Positions 11,209 through 22,814 of a stretch of 64,000 nt of DNA are shown piece by piece (position 1 is the first letter of the stretch; the number at the start of each line of letters is the position of its first letter). The stretch is taken from positions 1 to 64,000 of the forward strand of contig ADNK01000506.1 in NCBI GenBank assembly GCA_000320545.1. Reading direction: 5' to 3'. Both the position numbers and the translations under genes were made by a program. The notes below the pieces were generated by a model. It searched no databases, was not told where the DNA came from, and saw only the letters and a list, made by a program, of their open reading frames with translations. The stretch comes from Bigelowiella natans CCMP2755. Its lineage: Eukaryota > Protista > Cercozoa.

Positions 11209-13330
11209 TTACATCACGGGCTGATTCGGATCTGCCGGAGCTTTGTTGAACTTTCGCCCTGCTCTAATGACCTCATCAACCAGCAACAATTTCATTGCGA
11301 CCAGGGATCTGCATTTGTGTGTTCATGGTCTTAGACTACTTGTTCAATACCATTAGATGATGAAAATATTAATCTTACCCAAGGTGCAGTAGTTGTCGCT
11401 TCACTCTAACGTTGTCCCAGATACCAACACTTTCTGGAAGTAAAGATTTTCCAGTCACAATGTCCAGCCCTACACGTGGCTTCTCTTCGCCATTAGCCTC
11501 CTCCTGAAATGTTCATTTCTTTATGAACTCGCGCAGATATCAGAAAACGAAAACGCGTACCATAAGAGTTATTAGTGTTTGTTGCACATCCAGTCCAGCA
11601 TTTTCTGCTAGAGTCTTTGGAATCACTAAAAGCGCTTTCGCAAAAGCGTCAATTCCCAGCTTTACACGCCCTTTAACGGTTTTTTTAAATTTCATCAATT
11701 CGCTGCATGCTGCTATTTCGAAAGCTCCTGCTCCTGCTATTACAGCTCCGTCTTCCATTACATTGCGCACAGACCGAAGTCCATCTCTTAGGGCATCCTT
11801 AATTTGTCTAATGGTATGGTCGTTGGGACCTAGATATTGGATTAAACTTCGTCAAAGATGATACACGGAACACAATCGTATAATCTACCTACCATTTAAC
11901 AGCACAGTGCAAGATTGTGCATTTTTGCAGCCCTCCACGAATGTGAACTTGTCTTCTCCAAGAACATGCTCGTAAACTAGATCTGCATGTCCAAGGCATG
12001 CTGGTTCGAGGTCCTCAACGGAGTTGACCGCATATCCACCACAAGCAAGAGAAAGCCTTTCCATGTTCCTTTATATGGGCCATCACGCGTAAGGCAAATC
12101 ATTTAAACGCTGCTACATATCATCAAACCAACCTTCTCTTTGCTCGACGGATTCCCACGATTCCAGCTTTCTGAAGGAGGTCGAGAGACAAGGGATCTAT
12201 CCCCTTCTGGTTAATTAAGATAAAGCCTTTTTTCTCATTACCACAGACTTTTTCCTTGAACGCTACAATTTTCTTCACTTTGTCGTCAGTGAATTTTCGC
12301 TCTGCTGCAATCTGCTGCTCGCGTTCTGATGCATTCTTGTAGAAGAAACCCGCGTTCACCTCGCTAGAGAAGAATAACAAGGTAATCACTTTTTTGTCAT
12401 TAAATATCGAGGTCCATTAGGTCAACCTCTTCTCATACTCTAAGGACACGTTGCAGATAAAGATAAAGCAGTCCTCTGAACGCTTTGCCATGTTCGGATG
12501 TCGAGCTCCGTGGTCCAGGACAAGTCCTTTCAAAAGAAGCGGTGAGCAAAACCCATAGACAACGAGAATAATCTTCGACAAACTCACCGTCAACGAAGCG
12601 CGTATCCATATCACTTTTGTGAACCATATGCATAAGCTCTACCATGTGTAAATCAATTGGTTTGCCTGGGCTATGAATGCATTTGATGGCTTTGACGACG
12701 ATGTGAGAAAGGTGTTCCGCGAGTTTCGCATGAACTTTGGTCTTGATAGATGAGCGAGCTACGTTGAGAATAAGATCACTATCTGCCTTCTTCTCCTCCG
12801 ATACGTCAACTTTGAACTCATCCACGAACTTCATGAGACGGTCGCGGGCCAGTTCGAATCCCTAACCAAAAATTCTTAGCTTTAGAACTTTAGCGAACCA
12901 GTCTAATGGCGATTTAACCTCAACAAGAACTCTCGGGTGCAAGCCCTCGGAAAGATGGAGAGAAGCCTGTTTGAGTAATTCCCCAGTGAAGAGGACATTA
13001 GACGTTGTGCCATCACCCGTAATATCATCCTGTGCAGTCGCCGTGCGAGCGATGATGCTTGCAGTTGGATGCTGGATTTGCTGTGAAACGTATCTGATCA
13101 GGAGTGAGCTGCGTAGAAATAAGGATACAACCTACCATCTCATCAAGTAAAACTTTGCCATCCTTGGTGATTTTTATTGTACCAGCACCACTTACAAGCA
13201 TTTTCATTGTTCCGGAAGGTCCAAGATTGCTCTTAACAACTCCCATCAAACTTTTAGCAGCCTGGATATTCATCGCTAGCGCATGATTCTTGCCGATAAT
13301 GTCGGCGTTAGGGTTTACAACTTTAAGCAT
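11209..13330 (-). CDS. CCT6: T-complex protein 1 subunit zeta (chaperonin CCT6), multi-exon with short introns
   Basis: [59 protein letters not shown] and VIAGAGAFE motifs; last exon [14 protein letters not shown] (TAA 11209-11211). Confidence 0.97.
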
Positions 13331-13846
13331 GTTTGAAGCTTGAAACTTGCAATGCTATTGTTAATGGATACAGGAAGCCGCGATTAAAGGTGGAAGGTTG
13401 GGAACTGCGGAGGGGGTGGATTCCCTACTGATTGTTGTAGGAACGCTCTGGTTGATCAAAGCCTGATGTCAACATAAAGGAAACAATTTAAGACTTACGA
13501 ATATTATCTATTTTGACCATGAGACAAATAAAAATTCAAAGAATATGCTATAAATATATTCTATTAGTTACATAGACTTCATGACACTCAGGGATTATTG
13601 GCCCTGTTGGGCTGAAATATATTTTCATTTTTCTTCTGCCGAGAAAGAGTTTTTCCACAAAACGCATGCCATTCCTGCCACGCATCCAACCTCTGCCAGC
13701 ACTCCCAATATTTATTCGTTTTGCACTGGTTCCCGCGCAAGGATTTCACGAAATATGTCATATATGTATAAAGCGACAATGCATACATGCTATTGTATCA
13801 GTATTTTATAGAAAATAATATATCGGTCTAACATATTTTTTTCGGT

Positions 13847-15112
13847 ATGTCACCTGCCACATTTTCTCTTAAACTTCTGACAATCTCCTCTCTCCCCTCC
13901 TTTCGCACAAGTGTTTTCAACATGTCTTCATCCCTCCTCGTACGAAGCCTCAAGCGTACTATCTGCATCGATTTTCCTTCGCACACGAATGGAAATACTG
14001 TTGCAGTAAGGGAATTGAAACATCGCATCACTGATATCGAGGGTATTCCCGCACAACTCCAACGACTTACATGCGAAGGATCGGAGCTTTGCGATGATGA
14101 TGTCTTCGTACCGGAACACGTTCCATCCATTGTCCTCAACCTGCGTTTACGTGGTGGTAAGGGAGGATTTGGGTCACTTATGAGAGCGTATGCAGCGAAA
14201 CTTGCTGCCAAGAGTAAAAATAGACATGAAGACAAGGGTGCGATGAGAGACCTCAACGGGCGCCGCATCCGCCATGTAGAAACAGAGAAAAAGATTGCTG
14301 AATGGCAGGCACAAGAGCATAAGGTCGATCATGTTGGGCTACAGAAGAGTTTCAAGGAGATTCAGCAGGGGAAGTATCTGACGGCAGACAAAGGAAAATG
14401 TAAATATGGCGTGAATTGTAAGTACAAGTGGAAGTGCAAGTATACGCACCCAGATGACGAGGAAAGGGAACGTGCGAGACGCTGTGTCACGTCAATTTCA
14501 TCGGAATTCGGTGAATCTGACGAAGGGCTGTATGAGGGGAACTCACGGGAAAATATTCTTACAGCAGTTAAGAAGGGATTGCAAGCAAGGAAGCGACAAC
14601 GCGAGGAATCAGAAGATGGTGCAGGTGCAGGGGGGGATAATGATGATAATAATGATGATGATGATAAAGTATCCAATGATACAGAAATTAAGGGCTCCAT
14701 GTTAAAGTCCTCTATTCTCACTGCACAAAAAAGGGCCAAAACAGATGACAAAGATGATGTTGCAATGGGTGGTAAGGCGAGAGATAAGGCTAAGAAGCAT
14801 GACGGCGGAGCAGCCATGCCCAACAAGAAAAGCAATCAAGGGCAAAATGAAGAAAAAAGAGACTCACAGAAAGTATTCGGAGAGATTGATCTTGAGAGAT
14901 ACAGTTCAGCGAAGGAATTAGAAGCCGTTGGTCTCGGACACCTGAAATCTGAGTTGACTCGTTTGGGTCTGAAATGCGGAGGGAACTTGACACAACGAGC
15001 AGAGCGCTTGTTTCTCCTGAAAACACACAAACTTGAAGACCTCCCGAAAAAAATAAGAGGTAGTGGAAACACATCAATATATCATCCTCGAGTACTATTT
15101 TCCCCACGATAA
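13847..15112 (+). CDS. SDE2: SDE2 (ubiquitin-fold-activated splicing/replication-stress regulator) with C-terminal SAP-like domain
   Basis: N-terminal ubiquitin fold ending LRLRGG|KGGFGSLMR, then AMRDLNGRRIRHV and C-terminal LEAVGLGHLKSELTRLGLKCGGNLTQRAERLFLLK. ATG 13922 is the more likely start; the extreme C-terminus may be spliced. Confidence 0.93.
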   Translation: MSPATFSLKLLTISSLPSFRTSVFNMSSSLLVRSLKRTICIDFPSHTNGNTVAVRELKHRITDIEGIPAQLQRLTCEGSELCDDDVFVPEHVPSIVLNLRLRGGKGGFGSLMRAYAAKLAAKSKNRHEDKGAMRDLNGRRIRHVETEKKIAEWQAQEHKVDHVGLQKSFKEIQQGKYLTADKGKCKYGVNCKYKWKCKYTHPDDEERERARRCVTSISSEFGESDEGLYEGNSRENILTAVKKGLQARKRQREESEDGAGAGGDNDDNNDDDDKVSNDTEIKGSMLKSSILTAQKRAKTDDKDDVAMGGKARDKAKKHDGGAAMPNKKSNQGQNEEKRDSQKVFGEIDLERYSSAKELEAVGLGHLKSELTRLGLKCGGNLTQRAERLFLLKTHKLEDLPKKIRGSGNTSIYHPRVLFSPR

Positions 15113-15447
15113 TATTTCATGTATGTATACCCTGAAACACATCGAGGGGAGCCCATGTGAACGAAAACACAATAATTTAACCTGAAACACACTGAGAAGA
15201 AAGATCCACACCATATATGAACGAAAACACAACTATATATCATCTTCGACGAAAGCATGCATATGTAAGAATGAGTAGTGAGAAGTGGGAGGATATGAAA
15301 TATTTTTGTTTTTGTAAGGACTCCAAATTTTATCTTCATAACTTAACAAACATGATCGTCACACGTATTAGATCATGATATTAGTTTGAAAAAGTTATAG
15401 GGTGGAATACGTACTATAAACAATCATGTAAATGAAATGTGATTTAA

Positions 15448-15507
<60 letters not shown>

Positions 15508-15899
15508 TTGCACATGTAAATGTGCATGTGCACTTATTTGAATGCTTGTGTTGCATGTTGTGTGTTGTGTGAAAAACAGCAAAGAAGAAGTAAATTCCAT
15601 AAATGTTACGGGGATCTACAAAAAGACAGCTTTCGTCCATGGAAAATTTTGTTTCTACAATGTTCGTACGAGGTGAAACAATGGAGTTAATTTCCTGTGA
15701 TTGCTGATGAACGTAGTACATACCACAGTCATCATAGACAAAGTTTGCAATGTACATAATATGTACTATGTGTCGTAGTATGCCCTCGTCCTAAATATAC
15801 CACTGCTACTATGGACGAAGTACACAAGCGCTAGACATTACATGCAACATACATTATGTATACAGTGTCACTATTAATGTGTCTGTGACAAAGTTTAGA

Positions 15900-17460
15900 G
15901 CACCAAAAATTGAGACTCTGGCAGCACACTGAAGCTTCATTTCAACGCAGCCCGATTTGTGCGCACGGAAGTCACATTTTGAAGCTTTTTGTGATTTCTA
16001 ATTTGAGCGTGTGCGGCTTCTGTTTCTGGAGCCACTTGCGTGCTCATCATTAGGGACGATGCAATTCTAGCGTTTATTTTTACCACGTTGTGATCTGCGT
16101 GCTCATCAGTGAGCGTGACATGCAATTCAGAATTGGCACAACAGCGCTAGATCTAGCTAGAGATCTAGAGCGTCACGCGCAAGATCGCAGCTGCGTGTCG
16201 TAGCATTTGCATGCACAGTGCGCACTTCGAGCAGTTCAGGTTTTGACGCGAGCACACCAAGCTTGCAAGAGCAAAGCTTCATGAGCTTCACATCGCAGGA
16301 AAATGAAATGAAATGAGCCATCATCGAGAACTTTCTTAGCTAGCTAGTTAGCTTCGCATGCACGTCTAGATATGTTTGTTTGTTTCAAGATTGCACAGTG
16401 CGTTCTAGCGTTGCACGGGAGCAGTCGATCAGGAACAGGCTAGACGGTGTGCTGTGGTGCGAGGATCGTTGGCTAGCTCTGGAGCTAGCTAGCAGACCGA
16501 AGAGTCACCAACGTTTCGAAGGGATCTAGGGATGGGCATGCTAGCATTGGACATGGGGACCGGGAAGCCTAGCTAGCTAGTCAGTAGTGATCGATCATCG
16601 AGTGCTTGTGAGTGTGCGGCGCCCAGCCGCTACTGGCTAGCTGGGCTAGCTAGCTAGCTAGCGTGATCTAGCGACAATGTGTCTGGCTAGCTGGGCCGTG
16701 TGTCGCAGCACCACCACAACTGCATCAAATGTGTAACGAATGGCATGGATTTTTAATTGAGAGTCATTGAGTGCACATTTGTGCGTTCATGTGCGCCCAG
16801 CTAGCCAGGTGCATGCTTTTTGCGTGCGTGTGCTGAAACTTCGCACGTCCATGAAGCTAGTGTGCACACACCCTCATGAGCTTGCAAAACTTGTGGCACG
16901 CAGATGCAAATGCGCTAGCGTGTTCACAAAAGTGGTGAGAATTTTTCAATTTTCGCCCGCTGGCAGGCGTTAAAAAATGAGGTTTTCAAGCTGAAATTCG
17001 AAAAAAAAATCAAATTTGAACCTCAAAAAGGGCTCCAGTGTGCTTCCAATGTCCAATTGCAACGATTGAGCGCGCCAGGCCGCAGGCTAGCAGATGCAAA
17101 GCACAACGCAGTTTGTTCAAAACCCACTCGCTAGCTCGTCACCGGGATTGATACAGTTGTGACTAGACTGCGCTGTGCGGGCAGCACGACAGCGCTAGCT
17201 AGAGCGGCACAGATGCACAACACAACAGATGGCTAGCTGACGAGTTGCCATCTAGCCATAGCTAGCTAGTTAGTGCTAGCGCATCTTCATGCTCTAGTGC
17301 TTGCAGAATGCCAGTGCACTTGCTGCATGTAGGATCACATAATAGTCCACATAATCATTGACATCATGCTTCTGGTCAGTGACGAATCTCTGTGTCTGAC
17401 ATGCCACATGATTCATGTGATTTGGCATGATGCTAGCTAGCACAGGAATAAGCTCATTGT
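15900..17460. other. TpA-depleted, CTAG-rich intergenic block 3
   Basis: Most remaining TA lies in CTAG; (GCTA)n runs, e.g. 16645-16662. Borders approximate. Confidence 0.85.
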
Positions 17461-18251
17461 GTTGTACAAAGCAAAATGTAGCATGGCTATTTATAGCTAT
17501 TGCTAAGTTGTGAACATGTTCGTGGATCGTACGTGAATTGAGACTATAATTGATGGTGCTAAGCAACGCATTTTTATTAAAATATCAATTCGAGGCCTAT
17601 ACTTTATGCTCGTCCACTCTGCTGCTTCGATATCATGAGTTGTCGCCGTTCATGCTTGTTGACGTGAATGGCGTCAAGTAAATAAATAACTTGGAAACGC
17701 ACTCGCCGTCGATTCAAGTTATCATTGATGTTCTGTATCCCATTTAGGTGTTTTGCAGAGTACGTACCAGACTTGAAAACAGAGATGTATTTTATTGTCA
17801 ATAATGAAAATATTATTCGTGAAGTTTAACAGTTAGTCTTGGGCATGTACCATGGATACTAGGTACTAGCAACCCATTTGATGACGACATGTAACTTAAT
17901 GATAAGATATCTTCAAAGACTGTACACGAATCTTCCTCTACAACGCCATTGCAACGACGTTGTGGAGAGTCATCCGGAACAAAACAGAAAAAAATTAAAA
18001 TTTTGATGCAGGGGGGCGGGGGCGGGACTGTGCCTCTTGCATTTCTACATCTAAAATATAAATATCTGAAACAAGTGATGATGAGTATTGGCGATTTACA
18101 GGTGCATTTCCCCTTCTCCCTTCTTTTCATGATTCAATCAGTCAAAAAAAGTGCCAAATTCAACGTGCGTATTTATCGCTTCGTTGTAAAATAAAAACAT
18201 AGCAATTTTCTTCGTCTAGATTCTCTTCCCTTCAACATGAACATGCAATCA

Positions 18252-20565
18252 TCAACAATCTGCATCCCATGTGCTTAGTTCCTAAATAAAACAATATTCA
18301 TTTTAGGAATGATATCAGCAAAGATTAGGAAGTAGAAACGAATTTTCAATTGAAAAACACAACTCATATTTTTAACTGTGAGAGCAAAACAAAACTCACC
18401 TTGAAGAAGTAGTTGTCCATGTTCGGAAGGGAAGGAAATGCAGGCGAAGATTTCATCATCATTGGACTACTACCAACGCTACCACCAATGCCACTGCTAT
18501 CGATGAACGTAGAATCACGGAAATTAGACAGCAGGTATAGATCATCAGCAGGATGATCGAAGGGAATTGCTCCCACCCCCCCTCCTCCAAGTTTTCTGTC
18601 TACACTGAAGGTGGATGATGGTTTATCAAAAAATCCAGCAGGATCAAAATGGTTGGATGACAACGGAAGGTTTTCACAGCTCAAGCTACTGCGGATTCGA
18701 GAAGGGTTAGTAGCAGCAGAATTCGAGTCTTTTCCCCATGGAATAGAGAATGCATCGTTAAGCCATTGCTCACTAAGGAAAGGGGTGGTGGTGGTAGTAG
18801 TCGTTGCAGACGACGACGACGACGACGACGACAGCATTTTGTCGCCACAAGCAACAGTAGGCATGCCAAGAGCGTTTGTGATTTGCTGCCCAAGCTTCAA
18901 TTTTCCCTCCAGGTAGTTGTTATTGCCATTTGGTGTTTCTTCCTGCTGCAATAAATTAAACATATCAGGAGAACTCAATGAATAAATGTCATGAAAGAAC
19001 AATGCAAATTTTGGGGTCGTCTGTAACACCTTAAGATGTTTATTGAGATTCTTGCCTTTCACTTTACTGCCTAACCTCTTTGACGATTGCATACTACCAT
19101 CAGAATCAACTGTGCCGTAGCAGTCTCTTCGACGACCTTCCTCCAACTTAGCTCTTTTGCGTTTATTTTTGACATCATCAACAGGCTTCTTCTCGCTCGC
19201 ATCTTTCACGGAAACAGCTTTACTTTGCCTAAGGGCATGGCTGCTGCTTTCCCTGCTGCTTCTTTTTTTCTTCCCCCGGGAGACCAATCGGCCAGACATT
19301 GCCCCGTCAAAGCTAAAGCATCTGTTATTATCATTATATAAACTCTTATTAGACATAATTATAGGGAACAGCGTCTTCTCTTTCCTCACAAATATATCAC
19401 AAACAGTCACCACTACCGCTAGACCACCATGCCCATTACTATTACTACTACTACTACTACTAGTAGTAGTAGTACTAGCAGTATCATCTTGACCTTCTCA
19501 AATGTGCTTTCTTCTTTTGGTCTCGGGATTCTACGATAGACCGAGTATCTGCACCAAGCTCGTACATTTTCTGAAGGTAACTGCAATCGAAAATCCAACG
19601 TTAAAAAGAGAAGTTAGACTGATAGAAAAGGCCAGCATAGAAATTAGCTATTCTTACTCTTTGAGTTCATGCTCATATCGGGTCTTGTCCTGCTCAGCCA
19701 GAGTTTGAAACACCTTTCGTTCCTGCTTTGAGAGTGCCTTCCACTTCTTTCCAATGATACGCGCAACGGTTTCGTTATGGAGCACACGATCATCCATAGG
19801 AATCTGAATTAGCAACATCAAATATTCATAAGACTTCTTGAGTCAGTTCATCGCTAATGTATGTATGTTCCTGACATTCACGTATATTCAGTGTCACACT
19901 CACCTTATCAACCAGTTTATCTCTGATTGACATTTGGAAAAAGTTGTAGCCAGTCTTCGGATGTTTTGGCTTTTTTAGCTTCCTGATATCAAGAGCAGAA
20001 TTACTATCAAGATTCCCTTCGGGATATCCACACGACCTCATATACGACGACATGACTACGACGACGACGACCTGTGATTGATGTCCATCTTCCTCCGTTT
20101 ACTCGTCCGATTTGCTTTACTTGTGGAAGAAGACGACGATGTTATACCCGTTGATGAGGATGATGATGATGATCGAGCCAAAGGAGGGAGAAACAGAGCA
20201 TCTTTCTCGCTGCTCTCGTCTTCCTCAACAGGACTCCTCTTACTACTGCTTTTGTCAGTGTCAGTATCAAGATCACTTCCATCAAAGCTGGACCTCCGTT
20301 TCCCCCCAGTGAAAGTTGTAACTGCACTGCTAGATGCAATGGTAGTTGGTGAAACACTCGTCGTCATCATCCCTTCACCATTCCCTCCTACCTGCGGAAG
20401 GCTAGAGAGATTCACACCTTCACTGCCATGCAGCAACAACACAGGGGCAGAATCGCAATCAACTTTTTGGAGTTTTGATATTAACTCCTCAGGGATTCCC
20501 CCATGAATAGGTGCTCGACTAATTATTTGATCCGGGGGTGGTGTCATTCCTTCTTCTGCTTTCAT
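18252..20565 (-). CDS. HMG-box DNA-binding protein, multi-exon (5' end uncertain)
   Basis: Spliced HMG box KPKHPKTGYNFFQMSIRDKLVDK|IPMDD..VARIIGKKWKALSKQERKVFQTLAEQDKTRYEHEL, Ser-rich flanks, putative last exon ELSTWDADC*. Confidence 0.8.
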
Positions 20566-21004
20566 CCATACGAGCTGTTAGGGAAATTAATGTCAGATAT
20601 GTTATGGTTTTCAGCAATAAACTTAACTAAAGACCTTGCCAGTAGAGTTCTCTCGTGCAAGAAAAACGATATCTCCCGTAGCGGGATTGACAGCTTTTGG
20701 ATTCTTACAGACGTACAGGTCGCAAGTTGTAGGGCACATGATCTAGCTTGTGTCGGTATATTAAATTTCCCCAGCTACAGTTTAAATTGCGACGTTCGGC
20801 ACGGACAATGAACACCAAAGAATTTCCTGACTATTTTTCCCTTGGAGAGGGGCTGAGAGACACTGTAGTAGAGGTAGAATACTAGTAGAGGGGATTCTCA
20901 GCCACTTTGTCGAGGAGGGAGGTTGGGAATGAGGGGGTTGGGAATGAGGGCGGAGTGCGACGAGACCTGCAAGTGTGTAGGCACGAGATGGTCGGATGAT
21001 GGTA

Positions 21005-21052
<48 letters not shown>

Positions 21053-22437
21053 GAGAGAAAGAGAGGTAAGACATAGGAAGATGTAGTAAAAAATTAAATG
21101 GAAGAAAACAAGGAAGAAAAGAGGTGGAGACACCAACAATATCTGGCATGCATCACAGTTTCACCAAGAACTCTACGAAGAAATGCTTTGAAAAGTTTAC
21201 AGAAAGCGAGATATGAAGAACAGAAAGAGAGACGATTTAGTATCTTGATTTCGACATAATTTAGCATTCCGTCGACTCATGAAACACACCTTTACGAATA
21301 ATTATTTAATTTTGAAGTGTTTGATGATGTCGTATCTTCAGATATACATGTGTTTTTAGATTTCAGGAGATTTCATTCATCTTTTGTTTTGATGAAATTT
21401 CCGCTTCGCTAAATGAACATCGACGCACCGATGCGAACGGCATAGTCGAGAGAATGCAGGTGGTTTTCGTTGTCAACGGTCTTCTCAATCAATGACTTGA
21501 CGGCACACGATGGTCGAATCTTCAAGAAACGCATGGGGTTTTCATCATCAATAAAAAAAATGCCACAACAACAAATATTAACCGGTCGAGTGACCTGGTA
21601 CCTAGACGGGATTATTAAGATTGGACTCCTTCTCGTTTTTGATTTTTGTTCAGAAAACCAAAAGAACCCGTTTAGCGCCACAGTGACACACTTTAATAAT
21701 TTTCAAAGGGGGTACTTGAGGGTCAAAGTTGATGGCCGACACTAAGTAGTTTTGACAAAAATGCAATGGAATGTGCGGCAAAAAAACGTGGTGCCATAAG
21801 ATCTTTGTTCTTTTCACAATTTCAAAGGGGTTCATGAGACAAGTCTTAAGACGTGTCTCAAGACGGGTCTTGAACAGTGTTCAAGGATTGTTTGGATTTT
21901 TGTGAAAATCCCCTACGAAAAAAATGGAACGACTTGATCAAATTTCCTCTTCTCGTGCGTGTTTCGGTTTCCGCGGCTGGATTTTTTGACAAATCGGCAC
22001 CTGTCGCTTCAGTCATGAACTTTTGCAGTTCATCATTCATTTGTTTCATTGCTGGATTGTTTCATGTTCATTGCTCATCGATTGCCAAATTGGTGAGTTC
22101 CAAAGTTGACTGAGGATGGCTGAATGGAGGGCACGACTAGCTAGCTGACAGCTGGACGAGTGCGCACGCACAAAGACCAGCAGACAGAGGTGAGTCAGCA
22201 ACTGGTGTGGCCCACTGCCCTCTCATGTTCACACTCAACCACTCCGATCCTTCCTGGCTTTCCAGCTTGACAAGCTTTGGGTTCACGTGGAGTCGTGAAA
22301 GAGCACGTGCACACACACTGGTGGACAGTTTTGCACGACCCAGTGGTGCACGCACGCCAGCACAGCCAGAGCCCAGCTAGCCAGAGCCACCCTGCTGGCC
22401 TGTGCCAGTGCCAGCAGTGTGCACTGGCAAGCGCAGC

Positions 22438-22763
22438 TGTTGCGCGTAAGGTGTTCACAGGCCGAGGCGCTACGTGCACAAGTAGGCAGGGGGGGGGAAA
22501 GGCACGTTTGCTTCCTTTTGAAGAGTTGTGTTTATTTTTATTAAAGATTATATTTTTATTAAATCGTGCACTGCGTAATCATTCGCGAAGCTTTCGCGAA
22601 TGCCGCCGCACGTGGGGCAGCACACTTCCGGTGTGCTGCCATGAGTCCCGCCGGAACCCACGTGCCTATGCTGTATTAATATCTACGTTATCTATATTCT
22701 ATATCCGCGACAACCCCTTTGTTGTCGCACGTGACTTGTGCCCGCGTAGTGGTACGCGCTACA
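22438..22763 (-). repeat. 3' LTR (326 bp)
   Basis: TGTTGCGCGTA...TACGCGCTACA (10/11 terminal inverted repeat). Minus-strand AATAAA motifs near 22520-22560 and a 10-bp-arm hairpin at 22580-22602. Confidence 0.96.
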
Positions 22764-22771
22764 CCTCCCCC
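22764..22771 (-). promoter_or_regulatory. Polypurine tract
   Basis: Minus strand GGGGGAGG abuts the TGT start of the 3' LTR. Confidence 0.85.
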
Positions 22772-22814
22772 AAGTCACGTTGCTCCTTCCTTCCTTCCTT
22801 ATTCCCTTAGACCT

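Noticed and set aside
15453-15506. (TA)n(TG)n compound microsatellites as TA>TG erosion fronts (also 43073-43136, 58892-58950)
   Set aside because: Common compound SSRs, mostly intronic and outside the depleted blocks; slippage is enough to explain them.
17604-18194. Short ORFs downstream of the HMG gene; also 32300-33200, 34138-34395 and 63585-63827
   Set aside because: No recognisable motifs or consistent splice structure.
22277-22810. ORFs 22277..22810 and 27811..28188 sharing an identical peptide
   Set aside because: Antisense read-through of the two LTR copies, not genes.
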